A stretch of DNA of 64,000 nt from Laetmonice hystrix (GCA_965235115.1 OZ249436.1:44578001-44642000); one strand, 5' to 3'; shown: positions 1-11,468, counted from the first letter of the stretch. A program made the numbers and translations. Notes: a model not told the origin generated them from the sequence alone.

Positions 1-2669
1 GGTGCTGAACCCTCGCTTCAGCTGGCTTGTCAAGTGACGGGCAGTGGCAATGGCACGACGTTCAAGGGTCTGAAACAGGAAATGACAGTAACATTAACTA
101 ACTCTGAATAACTCCACTAATCAAAGTCGGATTTCAGAAAAATGCTTCAGACTTATCCATAGGGGACCTACAAAGGTGCTAGCTGAGCCAATGATCAAAA
201 ACTTCAAAATTTTTCAGCCAACCTGAAAAGCTATGCACCACAATTCTAAATGCACAGCCAGCCCGAAATTTTTGCAAACACACTTTACTGTACTGTTTGA
301 TAAACTTACCACACTCTCCACTTGGGCTGGTTCGCTCGTACTGTCTGCGCTGCCCTTGTCTCCCATGTCGTCCATCTCGATCTCCGTAGCCTCCTCTTTG
401 TTTATCTCATCCCATACTGCCATGAACTTCTCCTTGGCAGCAGACACCTTGCCCTTCGCTCCATCAATGTTCACCCTGGCATATTCAATCTGGAAAAATA
501 ACAAACATATTGGATATTTAGGTTTTGCACTGGTCAATAACATACTTTTTCACTGTTTCAGCTTTTAATGCATTTGATTTCATTCACTTGAAATTCTAAG
601 GCTTTTAGTTGAAAGAATGGAAAGGGCCAGAGAATTTATTTTTTTCTCAATTGGAAGAAATATTTGCCAAGCAAAATACATCTATTCTGGTTAAGGTTTT
701 ACCTACCAAATCAACCGTGAAATTGAGCCGGTCCAGAGTCTCTTTGCTACGGCGCTGGATGTTCTGCAGCTCACGCATGGACTTTGCATACATACGACGG
801 CGCACCTTGTCGCTAACAGAAGCGACCCGAGTGGCAGTGGTTTTGGGAAGAACTTCCGGGGTCATCATGGACTCCTCTTCTTCATCCTTCTCTTTCTCCG
901 TGTCCATGGCTTCTCCTTCGAGAAAACATTCACAGGTCAGGGACTTGTTCAGGTATAACCCAAAAATTATTCTGAAGAAATCACTCTTTCTTTAAATTAT
1001 GATTTAAGAGGTTATTAAGGGTTTTCATCTACATTGGTCATTAGCCAATGCTTACCTTCAGTTTTTTCCTCAGGCAGATAGTAGTCGACGTACTGCTCAG
1101 TAGTTTCAAGCATCTGGTCCACCTTGGACACAATGGTTTTCCCAGTGGGTGTCTCCAGGGCCTCCCCAAATTTCTGGGTACTGTATGTCGCTGCAGCACT
1201 CACCTTCAACCAAGGTCAAATCAAACATTAACTAGAACTGGCGAGAATCAGAAATGTTGAATGTGTGTACTACTGTTCCTATTCAAAACTCAATATGATG
1301 AGATTGAAAAAAGTAGCCTCAATAACTGGTGCAAGAACCTGATGAAAAATATGTCGGATACATCAGTCTGAAGAATGCAGCTATATTTGTTTTTCTGAAA
1401 GTATACATCACTGTAAAATTACCTTATCTGTACTGTAGTCCTTGACAGCCGTGACTGTGTTGACGCCATAGTCCTTGACAGCCGTGACAGTATCAACAGC
1501 ATACTGCTTGGCAGCTGTGACTTTCTCTACAGTGTTGTCCTTCACAGCCACAGCCCGATCAACATGGGTCTTCAGAGTGCTGTCGTAAACCTTCTTGGTC
1601 TCCTCAACAACCTGACCAGTAAGAAAATCTTTAAATCAGGAAAATTCTTGGTGGTACCACTATTTGGATAGCAGGAAATGTCACTAGAAGTTTTGGTTTT
1701 GTACAAATATTCTTAGAACTCCTCCTCATAGTTCAAAAGGATACCTCAAATATTTGACTGCAATTCTGCTGTAACCTACCTCCTCAGCTGGTTTGGTAAT
1801 GATGGGGCATTTTTCCTCCAGCTTGTCAAGCTGGCTGCAGGCCATGGAATCCAGAGCACTTACTGTAAGAAGGCAGGAAGCGCACATGGAATGAGCTGTG
1901 CAACAAAACACATGAACATACACTCAGGCAGCTCAATGAGGCTCGCAAGGACTTGCATTTCTACAATTCATTCAAGTTTACATGACGACAAAGGCCAATA
2001 TACTTCCTGGCTATCAGTGCCGATGCCGATTCTGAGATGTGTATATGTTGAATTGAATAGGTGTCCTTATCTTATATTCTCATATTATCTTATTCACTTT
2101 ATCATAAGTTAAAATAATCAGGTTTTACAGTCCTAAAACTGCCTTGTTACATTCCTTGCTACAGAAAAGTCCAAAGGTTTCAGGAAAGTCCAAAGGTTTC
2201 ATGTGACTAAAAGACTGTTTAAAGCAAGTCCTCATCGTGCCTATTATAATTAAATGAACTGTTCTTCAAACTGAATGATGTTACTGTGAAGTATATACAT
2301 TTAATCTTACTCAAATTTGGCTAAATCTTTATATCATAGTTTACTAAACAGGCTACATAATATCCTCAGAGTAAAAACATTTCCATACATTCAAAAGCAA
2401 AGTCTAGACTAGCCACATTCGGCATACTCACTAGGCTTTTCCAGCTTGGTAACCATAGGAACTGCAGTGTCGGCCACCTTTTTCACTCCCACCTCTGCCG
2501 TTTCTAACGTGTACTTGACATATCTGTTACTTTCTTTGGTCGACTCATAGATGGTTGTAAGCTGGTGGATGGCCGCTGTCACAATGGGCAAGGCCCCAAC
2601 CCGCTGCAGGAACTGCGGGTCCTGATTATCAACCAGCTCGGCTGCAGGTTTTTCTCCTTCTGTTGCCAT
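1..2669 (-). CDS. PLIN2: Perilipin-family lipid droplet protein (PAT domain), 3' end beyond window start
   Basis: Exons (minus): 2669-2432, 1862-1780, 1611-1423, 1203-1056, ~915-707, 489-310, 69-<1, all GT-AG with consistent phase. The N-terminus MATEGEKP..FLQRVGALPIVTAAIHQLTTIYESTKESNRYVKYTLETAEVGVKKVADTAVPMVTKLEKPISALDSMACSQLDKLEEKCPIITKPAEEV matches the PAT domain. 11-mer repeats follow, then VDYYLP and 4-helix-bundle motifs (RVASVSDKVRRRMY, LERRAIATARHLT). The symbol is family-level; the 915 acceptor is uncertain. Confidence 0.92.
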
Positions 2670-3572
2670 GGCAAGACTTGTTCGATACATTCACTTTACA
2701 AGATACCGGGGTAGCACTGAAAATAAGGACAGAACTTATAAGGCACCACGGCCACGGTGTGTGTGTGTGTGGGGGGGAGGGGGGGGGTAGTCCAGGAACC
2801 CTAGACCCTGTTTCGCTTGTTGGAGTGGGGTGGCGGGGGGGGGGCATTTGCGCCCAGTAAAAAAAGTAAAACTAAAGCGTACATTGATGTGCCCCCTCCC
2901 CCCACCATGGGCAGGTCCAGGATTTTCAAGTCGGGGGGGGGGGGGGGGGGCGCTATGGAACTTTCTCAAACCGCCCCCCCCCCCAGTAGCCTAACCAGTC
3001 AAACAAAAGTGGCATAGGCCTAGGCCTATGCACATATCAGCAGGGCCGTAGCTAGAAATTTCTGAGTGTCGGGGCAGTCAGGGGCAAATCCAGAAATTTG
3101 GTAAAGGTGGTGCCCCCCATGCCCTCCCCCAGAAAAGAAATTAAAATTACAGTGCCAAATATGCGATATAGACGAGCCTTTGGGCCTATACATAATACAG
3201 GCCTAAAAAAAAGGGCACGGGGGGGGGAGGAGAGAATTTCAAAAGGGCACTTGGGGCGAGGGGGTGCGCACCCCCTGCACCCCCCCCCCCCCCCGGATCC
3301 GCCACTGCCCACCCCCAAACTGTCAAAGCCACAACTTGGCACAAGGCACTGTCAGTGTCACATGACTTCACGAATTTCAGGCGGAAATAAACTACGCATA
3401 CGGGTCGGTGCCTTCACTTCAGTAGCCTACTTACGACTTCTTAGGCTACCGTACTTCGTTTGAGATTAGGCCTACTATTTATAGGCATTACTACCATTAG
3501 ACCTAGTCACTAGTGAAGAAGCACAGGTTAACTCTTCTATTAATACCATTGACTCAACACGCCGCCACTCAC

Positions 3573-3760
3573 CTCTTATTTCCTGATGCCTCCGTCCCGT
3601 GATGTCTGCTCGCTGTGTGTGACTACAGCAAGCCGCGCACCGAGTATTTATAGTCCCGCGCCCGTGACGTCATTAATGAGGGCACGCGGGAGGTTGGGGG
3701 TGCGGCCGGGACAAAGCACGTGGTCACTGTCATCTTGTGACGGGGGAGACACGTGTCAAC
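3573..3760 (-). promoter_or_regulatory. Candidate perilipin core promoter and non-coding first exon
   Basis: Minus-strand TATAAATA at 3652-3645, CRE TGACGTCA at 3665-3672, and E-boxes CACGTG at 3717-3722 and 3750-3755. A minus-strand donor GTGAGT at 3572-3567 would close a ~45-nt first exon. Confidence 0.6.
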
Positions 3761-3882
3761 TTTCTGGTGGACCACGCGTAACCTTTTGGACTGCTATTTA
3801 AATTATAATATTAGTCATTTCAGGGTCGAAAATCATATACGGGAAAGGGCAATAGGCTACAGTAAGGCCTAATCTAACATGT

Positions 3883-4044
3883 CAGGCGCGGATCCAGGAA
3901 TTTTTGCAGGGGGGGGGGGGGGGTCCGAAAGATGCGAGCCGCTGGAGGAGGGGGCAAAAAGTCTGGGGCCCTTCCCCGATAACATAGCAAAAACCTAAGT
4001 TGGTCCTGAGCAGGGGGGGGGGGGGATCCGCGGATCCGCGCCTG
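3883..4044. mobile_element. MITE-like element with GGATCC-containing termini and poly-G tracts
   Basis: TIRs CAGGCGCGGATCC (3883) and GGATCCGCGCCTG (ends 4044), flanked by a direct CATGT on both sides (candidate 5-bp TSD). Confidence 0.7.
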
Positions 4045-4972
4045 CATGTCGACTAAGTCTAAGAACATTTTTTAATGAAATGTCAGTAAAACGGTCGGAC
4101 GTTTTAGGACTAGGTAGATCTATGGAAAATGTTATGAAGATCTTATAAGTTAGGCCTAGGTAGGCTACATGTGGCCTATGCTTACATGTGCCGTGGCAAG
4201 TAGGCCTAGGCCTAGGCCTATATAATTTGTTGCAAAGACAGGGGAGGGGTTCTGGCCCTCCATGCCCAATAGAAATAGAAAATATATAGGCCTAGGCTAG
4301 GCCTATACAAATAAAAAAATATAGGCCTAGGCCTACCAACATTTTTTTTTTGTGGTGGTTGGGGGGGGGGGTGATGTGGAGCATATCACCGCAATAAATC
4401 GCAGTGCAGTAAATGACGCACTACAATGAGATCTCTGTGACCCCTTCCTCGGCTGGCAGAATGCCCTTCCAGAACCCCCCCCCCCCCCCCCCGATTACAA
4501 AATGATCACTCTCCCTGATCACTGATCAGTCCAAGTGTTGGAGGTCGAAGTTCAATGGGTGATCGGAGTCCGTACACTTGAGTTATTGAAGGACTCAGTT
4601 TGACGGTCGAGTTTTTGACCGCGACAGAACAATCTTGACTCATCAGAACCATCTGGACCTCTCAGTCTGGCAGCAGGGCCATAATTCGGGGGGGGGGGCT
4701 ATAGGGGGCCCTTAAGCCCCCTCAATATTTTCAGTGGTGCCTAATAATTTGCCTAATAATTAGCCTATTTTACTAGGGAGAACCTTACACTCTGTTCGCC
4801 TAGCCCCCTCAATTCAATGGAAATTATCTAGCCCTCTCAATAATTTGACGGCAATTACGGGCCTGTCTGGGGATTGTATGGAACTGACAGCAAATTTGAG
4901 AGGTTAGTGGGGCATGCATGCGATCGGTAGATAAAAATTGGACCGTTTAGGTTTTAAGAAAAAGGTGAACTC

Positions 4973-5151
4973 GGGGACGGATCCAGAAATTTCAGTTGTG
5001 GGGGACGAATGCAGAAATTTCAGTTAGGGGGCAAATGACTGCAACGGGCGGCATATATCTTGGCGTCGGCGTTAGATCTACACTAGTTTTTTTTTAAACT
5101 CCGATTTTTAGGGGGGCCATGATTGACCCCCCCCCCCCCCCGATCCGCCCT
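4973..5151. mobile_element. GGCGGATCC-family short element
   Basis: GGGGACGGATCCAG ... GATCCGCCC termini with internal poly-C. Related ends at ~3295-3305, ~9443-9453 and 36632-36786. Confidence 0.5.
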
Positions 5152-6292
5152 TGGAAGATCACCTACAAGTTCGTAAATGCCTTTAGATTTTGATTTTAAA
5201 CCCCTAATGATCCAATTAAATGTCCCTATGTCAGTGGCATCTAACCTTTTAGCACATTTTGTTAATATTGTGACCTGCCTGAATGATTTAAAATCAATTA
5301 TGTATGTATACCTGTCCGATCCCTGGAAGTAAGAGGGCAAGAATCTCAGTTTTCCTTTTCAAGTTAAGAAACGGGGAGTTTAGGTAATATAATAACTTAA
5401 TTTTGGCAAAGCCTAATCTACTATATATCTTCAAATATTGGCCCATAACCTGGCTATCTTCATGGTTGACCATCCCACCCATACCCCCTTCCACAGTCAC
5501 GTTTGAATAATTTAGCATAGATGGCCTAGTTAACTTTAACGGTAACGGGAAAAACCAACAAAAAGTGGTGGGATATATTTGGTTAAGTGAAGTGTTTACC
5601 TCATGCAGTATGTAGGCTAAAAGTTCTTTCTGGTCAAGATAATGACGTTTGGGAAATCAGGACCAAAGTTCACCTAGTGAATAAACGGCAGCGATTTATA
5701 CTAGGAACACATGCTGTGACATGGTGCGGCATTCATAAGATTACAAAATATAAAATATGTGAGAGCAAATCGTAAAAACTACTGACACTAACGGGGTGTA
5801 TGATTGAGGTGAAGAAAGAAACAGGGGTTTTTTTAATTGTTAGTTTTCACTGTAAATCTCAGTCAGAAATCTGGGTCGTTCATCTTTCAAACCACTACAC
5901 GAGAGAGAACCCTAGACAACTGTACCGTATATAAAAGATCGATCCAAAGGCTGAAAGACACTTTAATTGATACCAACATAGTAGAATTTACTATCATACT
6001 TCACATCAAAGAGTCAACATCGACCAGTAAAACCAACCTTTGGCTGTTTCTTAACTTGACTCAATGTGATCTCTGATACAACTAAAATTCAGTTATTTCA
6101 AAGATAAGATTAGACATTCCAAGTTCAGGGACCAGACCTTTCTGCGAATATGACAATCAGCACGTCCGATTTTTGGTAGTGACGTCTCCAAGTGAAAGTT
6201 CAGATGTGGCATTGATACCCAGGCGTGACATCATATTACAAAGGGAAACTTTGAGCTCCGTTAATTATTGAACTACTTCCTTATCACAGACT

Positions 6293-7946
6293 TCAACCTA
6301 CTGCCTCTTTTAACTTGTCCAACACCCCTTGAACTGTGATGCTTGACCCTGATATCAGAAGGCACTTGGACTTGGACCTTGAACCCTGGCAAACAAGACC
6401 AAACAGGATGAATTAAGTATGGAAATTATAATAAAACTTTCAGAAAATAGCAAAACTGATAATTGGAAGAAAAGTATGGTGATTTGGGCCAACAAACTCT
6501 TAACCCAAATACTCCAGTCATCTTTTGTGATATTATATATTGTTTGGCTCATGACATAAAACAGTCAGTTCTCAGAATATATTATTTTTGTTGATATGCT
6601 CTGATAGGTAATACTTACAGTTAAAAGTTTTAACAAATCATAATGTATACCGAAAATAAAAAGGAATCATACCTTATCTAGTGTAATATCAGATTTCCGC
6701 ACCCCAAGCACTTTTGCCATGAACTTCACAAGTTCTGCATTTGCTTCTCCGTCAACAGGTGGCGCTGCAATCCTAACCCCGACTCCTTCTGGGGATACCT
6801 CTAAAAATTGAATGAAAAATAGCTACCTACAGAGACCTACACACTTGGACTTGGTGCAGTACACGAGGTGTCTAAATTTATATTTAGAAGCGACTTAAAT
6901 TTATTATCAAACGCTTTTGCAATACACTTTATTTCCAACAATGAAATCAAGAATTTATCCTTGGCAACGGTGTACAATGTATTTGGTAATGGAGTGTCAA
7001 TGATTTGCCTTGGTCTTTTAATCTACATGTTTCAATTTCAGGGGTGATAAAACTTTTCATGTTGGATTATTGTTTTTAAACTCATTCTAAATCTGGATAT
7101 TCGTATCGGCCTACCAGCAATGACAAACACTAACCTGTAATGCCATTCTGATTGGCGCCTGGTTTGGCAAATATCTTGATAGAGATTCCCGTTCCAATTC
7201 CAACCACACAACTCTCTTCCTCAGGCAAAACACTTTTACAACCATCCATGGAAGACGTGCCTTTGCAATTCTAAAAAAAATTGAATGTGCCCAATGACAT
7301 TTGAGGAAACTTGATTAATGGGGTCACACTCGACATATGCCATGAGCTGAGAACTATAATTTTGTCTAAAAAATGCAGAACCCCTTGACTGTAGCCAAAT
7401 AAAGTTCACCAGTATGTACCTGATTTATTATAACTAAACAAGAATGTTTTGTATAGTTTTGATAATATACTATAAGTAGTACTACTATAGAATTAAGTAT
7501 TCATCTCGATCTTTTAATGTACGGTAGTTTTATTGAATTGTTTTATATTTATTTTCCCTTCATTATTTTATTTTTTCTTCCTGGCCAGTAGGCCTCTTGG
7601 CCAAGGCTAGTAGGCCTATATAGTGTAATCATTTGCAGATCCAGAGTGAGAGTTTGGGGATTGCATGAACACTGGCCAAGCGGTTCAACTGCTTTACAAG
7701 CGTGCCACCCCACGGCGCTGCGATCGACGTAAGCAAGCTGGTTCTTGAGCTGGTTCCCGGCTCTCTCGCCTGGTGGTTCTGTGGTTCGCTACTCGCGTCG
7801 ACCCCAGCGCCCCCAAGGGAGAGAGCCGGGAACCAGTTACATCAGTGCGACCTCTGCAGTGTATCGGTGACCTTCTTCCTATGCTTAGAGTTCCGTCCGT
7901 CAGAATTCATACAAACCTTGACTGTTGAAGCTTTCTTTTTCGGCAT
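6293..7946 (-). CDS. C15orf40: UPF0235 / DUF167 (YggU-like) protein, C15orf40 homolog
   Basis: Exons (minus): 7946-7917 [10 protein letters not shown]; 7270-7135 [21 protein letters not shown]; 6800-6673 [43 protein letters not shown]; 6385-6293 [34 protein letters not shown] throughout, phases consistent. In-frame upstream ATGs at 7961 and 7985. Confidence 0.93.
7750..7836. mobile_element. Mini hairpin element (87 bp) in C15orf40 intron 1
   Basis: Perfect 18-bp inverted repeat CTGGTTCCCGGCTCTCTC (7750-7767) / GAGAGAGCCGGGAACCAG (7819-7836). Confidence 0.6.
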
Positions 7947-7985
7947 GTTTCTAATTTTCATAAGAATAGAACCGCTCCGTGTCAT

Positions 7986-8129
7986 CAATGCAATGTTTTG
8001 GCCCGCTTATGTCGGTACTTCTCACAGTCTCCTCTGTCGCCATCAGAAGCGCCACCTACCGATTAGTTGAAAAATATCAATCATCAATCACAACAGGGGG
8101 CGCTGTGTTCAGTGGAGGAAATCGGAAGG
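7986..8129. promoter_or_regulatory. Bidirectional promoter region between C15orf40 and NR2C2AP
   Basis: Divergent start codons at 7946/7985 (-) and 8130 (+), under 200 bp apart. Two CTCF-like motifs (8046-8062 minus, 8089-8107 plus). Confidence 0.7.
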
Positions 8130-10457
8130 ATGGATTCACTTATAGATAAGGATACGAAAATTAGGTGATAATCTTCGTTAATATGCCTGGATTTATTATA
8201 GTTGTATGTGGGTGTTCTTTAGAACATGTACCGGCGAAGGTCTTCCCGAAATGATTGTGTTTGCGTTGTGGATGCGATGGTCATTGGTATTTATCTTGTA
8301 TTATCGCCCAAAGCACGCGTTGGGAGGAACAGGAGGAGGGAATTATAGTCGATTCGCCCCAGGTCGGTTTCGACCCGGGTCGGTTTCGCCCCACAACCTA
8401 GTCGATTCGCCCCACCCCTAGTCGTTTCGCCCCACTCTCGAAGTCGTTTCGCCCCACACACCTAAGTTCTTTAACCACACTGGAGCTTTTATAGTTAGTT
8501 GGTAGGCCATTACTAATACTGTCTCGTCTCGACGATGGGCCTTGGCCGCCACCGGGCCTCGAAGGGAAGAAGCGGGCCGGGCGGGGACATCCTGGCACCC
8601 GTTCGAAGGGTCGGGCGTCAGGGTCGGAAGCGGCGGGGACTGTTGTTATATGGTCTATGGACTGGTGGAGTGAGTCAGGCCGGTTGCCGGCGGGCGGATG
8701 GCTGCGGCGGTTGCAGGCTCACGATCCCGTCTAGGGCACTAGGCCGATACGGCCTACGCGAACCCGCCTACAGACACAGCTCCGCCGGTCGTCAGCGGCT
8801 CGCTAACCGGCCGCCTGGCTGCCGGGCCGTGGAGGTGGGGAGCCCGGTACGGGCCGGCAACAGCACGCGGTACAGAGCCGGTAGTTAGCAGCTCGCTCCG
8901 GGCCGGACGGTCGGCCTTAATTGGTCCACAAAACGACTTGTTTACTGGACTGGATAGTATCAAGACTTAAGAGACAATAAAAACGTAGACTGATAGAATG
9001 ATAGAGTCAGTTAGCGTCCAGTCTGGACTGGGGCGAAACGACTTTCCGAGTGGGGCGAATCGTCTTCTACCAGTGGGGCGAATCGTCTTTTCGAGTGGGG
9101 CGAATCGACCGGGGCGAATCGGAAGTGGGGCGAATCGACTAATAACGGGAGTTTCAAGGGATGAGGCGGGTGCCTACAAATTGTACAATGATTAAGCTAC
9201 TACTTAGCTTCTTTGTAAGGTTATTTCAAGGACTAAAGCCGTAAAGGGGGGTTAAGGGGGAGAAGTTGCTTGTCTTTGAACGTTCTAGAGGGAAAAAGAG
9301 AAAAATTGGCTGCCTCCGACTCCGTATGGACGTAAGGACTAGGAGTAGGAGTAGGACTCTTGACTTGTTGGAGTACCTAGTCCTAGGCTCTAGCCCGTTT
9401 AAACGGTACCGTTTAAACCCCCACCCCACCCCCATTGGCATTGGATCCGCCACTGTAGTGAGTGGGTCAGAGCCTCTCGGAGTACGTGAGACTTGCTTTC
9501 CCAGTTTCCATTGGCATTGACCGTTGTCATTTTAATCCCCTGTCATACCGTTCTTTCCGAACGCTGGCTCACAATGAACAATCTCATTTTTGGTTAAAGA
9601 AAAATAGGAGAAATCCAAGCAGAAAACTAATTTTACACATTGTCATCTATCCAGAGTCAGTTCAGTCCTTAACCGTGATGTGAAGCAGTTCGGGAAGAAG
9701 TATATGTTTGATGATGTGGAAGAAACTTGCTGGAATTCAGATCAGGTAAATTATATTTATATAATATGAAACATTAATATTCTAAGTTTTCTGATTATGT
9801 TTTTACCTTCATTTGGATTTGCAAACTACAGAAGACATAAACACAATGTCAAATGCACTAAATGATTTAAAATCAGTTGAATAATTGTGTAGTTTTGTTA
9901 GGGAAATATACACAAGATACTGGTATGTCTTTATCTTTCAGGGCTCACCTCAGTGGATCCAGGTGGAGTTTGTAGAGACTGTCATTGTTGAACAAATAAA
10001 GATCAAGTTTCAAGGAGGTTTTGCTGGAGAACACTGTAAGATTGAAGGAACAAGTGAGAAAAACCAAGAATTATCACAGATTGCTGACATCTATCCTGAA
10101 GATATCAATTCGCTACAAGTATCCTACCATTAGTAGTCTTGAATATAGTCTTCTTGATTGATTTATTTATTGACCTACTAAAAACTGAAATGCTGTCAAG
10201 TAAATAAACAAAGATCTTGCTGCATGGTAGATTATATCTTTCACGGTAATTGTTATTTAAATTTCAGTTACATTAGATTTTCTATCTTTTTTTAAATTTG
10301 TTTTTGTTATTTTGATCATCTTTCCTTAACTAGGTTTCAGAATTTTCTTATACCTAAAACACCAGTGACAAGGCTACGGATAGTATTTGAAAAAAGTACC
10401 GACTTCTTTGGTAGAATAACTATTTACACATTAGATATAATAGGAAATAAAGTATAA
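8130..10457 (+). CDS. NR2C2AP: Nuclear receptor 2C2-associated protein
   Basis: Exons 8130-8164 (MDSLIDKDTKIR), 9655-9745 (VSSVLNRDVKQFGKKYMFDDVEETCWNSDQ), 9942-10118 (GSPQWIQVEF..FQGGFAG..YPEDINSLQ), 10341-10457 (NFLIP..DFFGRITIYTLDIIGNKV*). These motifs are diagnostic of NR2C2AP/TRA16. Confidence 0.95.
8348..9139. mobile_element. Non-autonomous DNA transposon (792 bp) with subterminal repeats, in NR2C2AP intron 1
   Basis: TIR GTCGATTCGCCCCA / TGGGGCGAATCGAC with TA on both flanks (8346-47, 9140-41). About six copies of (TC)G(A/T)TTCGCCCC at each end in opposite orientation. GC/CpG-rich core. Confidence 0.8.
10119..10340 (+). other. Probable U12-type (minor spliceosome) GT-AG intron of NR2C2AP
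   Basis: 5' site GTATCCTAC, near the GTATCCTT consensus. Branch site TTTCCTTAAC at 10321-10330, branch A 11 nt from the 3' end. No conventional polypyrimidine tract. Confidence 0.75.
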
Positions 10458-10752
10458 CCTTTTATTTGCCTGAGTTTTGATGGTTTATTCTCGCAGTAAA
10501 AATTATATTTATTTTATAAAAGGAGATCAGTCCCTTTTAGTAATGTCAAATGACCTGCCCACACTTGAGCCCCCTCCCCCTTTTCTTTTTTTTATCCGCA
10601 GTCCCAGGTAGACTCTTCCCCTCCCCCTCTGAAATGCCCCTGAGGTTTTCTCAATATAGATTTTTCAACATGCTGAGTGGTCCGAAATTACGGGTAACCA
10701 TGCCCATGAGCCAGGTTTCGTTTGCTATGGACACATATTTGAATATTTCTGG

Positions 10753-11468
10753 TCTCTCCAACCAATAGGCCTATGCAGTGCTGTGTGTTATAAGATACAA
10801 GTATCGTCAGCCTAGATGTTGGCAGGTCCATCATTGGCCGTAGAGTCCGTAGATCGCAACAATGCCACCCTTTCTTCTTTCGTCCATACCCTACCTCCCT
10901 CTGCCAGTTTCTGTTGTTACATGATTCTACTAATATGGTTATTCGTTATTATCTTCGTACAAAAAGGCCTAGCTCCCGTCAGTCCATTGGCAGCCAGCTG
11001 TGGTTCAGCTATGTGCCGCTAGGGGGCAACTCCACGATAGAGGGCGCCTTGAGAGGTCATACATGTTGATCTCATAATCTTTTTATTTCCGTTTATACGT
11101 CTAGAAAAAGTTAATTCCAAATCTGAAATACGGAAGATCTGTTCTCTCCAACCAATAGATCTATGCAGTGCTGTGTTATAAGATACAGTATCGTCAGCCT
11201 AGATGTGGGCAGTTCCATCATGGCCGTAGTCGGGCAGGCACTATTAGGCCTATGTAGAGCAACAATCCGACCCTTTCTTCCTTCGTCCATCCCCTACTTT
11301 CCTCTCTCAGCTTCTGTTGTTAGGCCTACATGATTCTACTAGTAAGCTCCTTATTATATCTCTGTCTATCCTTCGTACAAATGGCCTCCTACCAGTCCAT
11401 TGCCAGGTACCCGCCAGCTGTGTGTCAGCTCTGTGCCGCTAGGTGACAACTCCGCCTAGCGGCACAGA
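10753..11468. repeat. Diverged ~290-310-bp direct duplication ending in a hairpin
   Basis: Copies start TCTCTCCAACCAATAG at ~10753 and ~11143 and align over ~290 bp. Copy 2 ends in a perfect 14-bp stem (11430-11443 / 11455-11468). Confidence 0.75.

Noticed and set aside
8071-9420. Apparent parallel-complement ('mirror') matches, e.g. 8071-8083 versus 8487-8499, and CTAG/GTAC-rich composition at 9320-9400
   Set aside because: The longest exact match is 13 AT-rich nt and is plausible by chance once multiple searching is considered. No longer mirror alignment was found.
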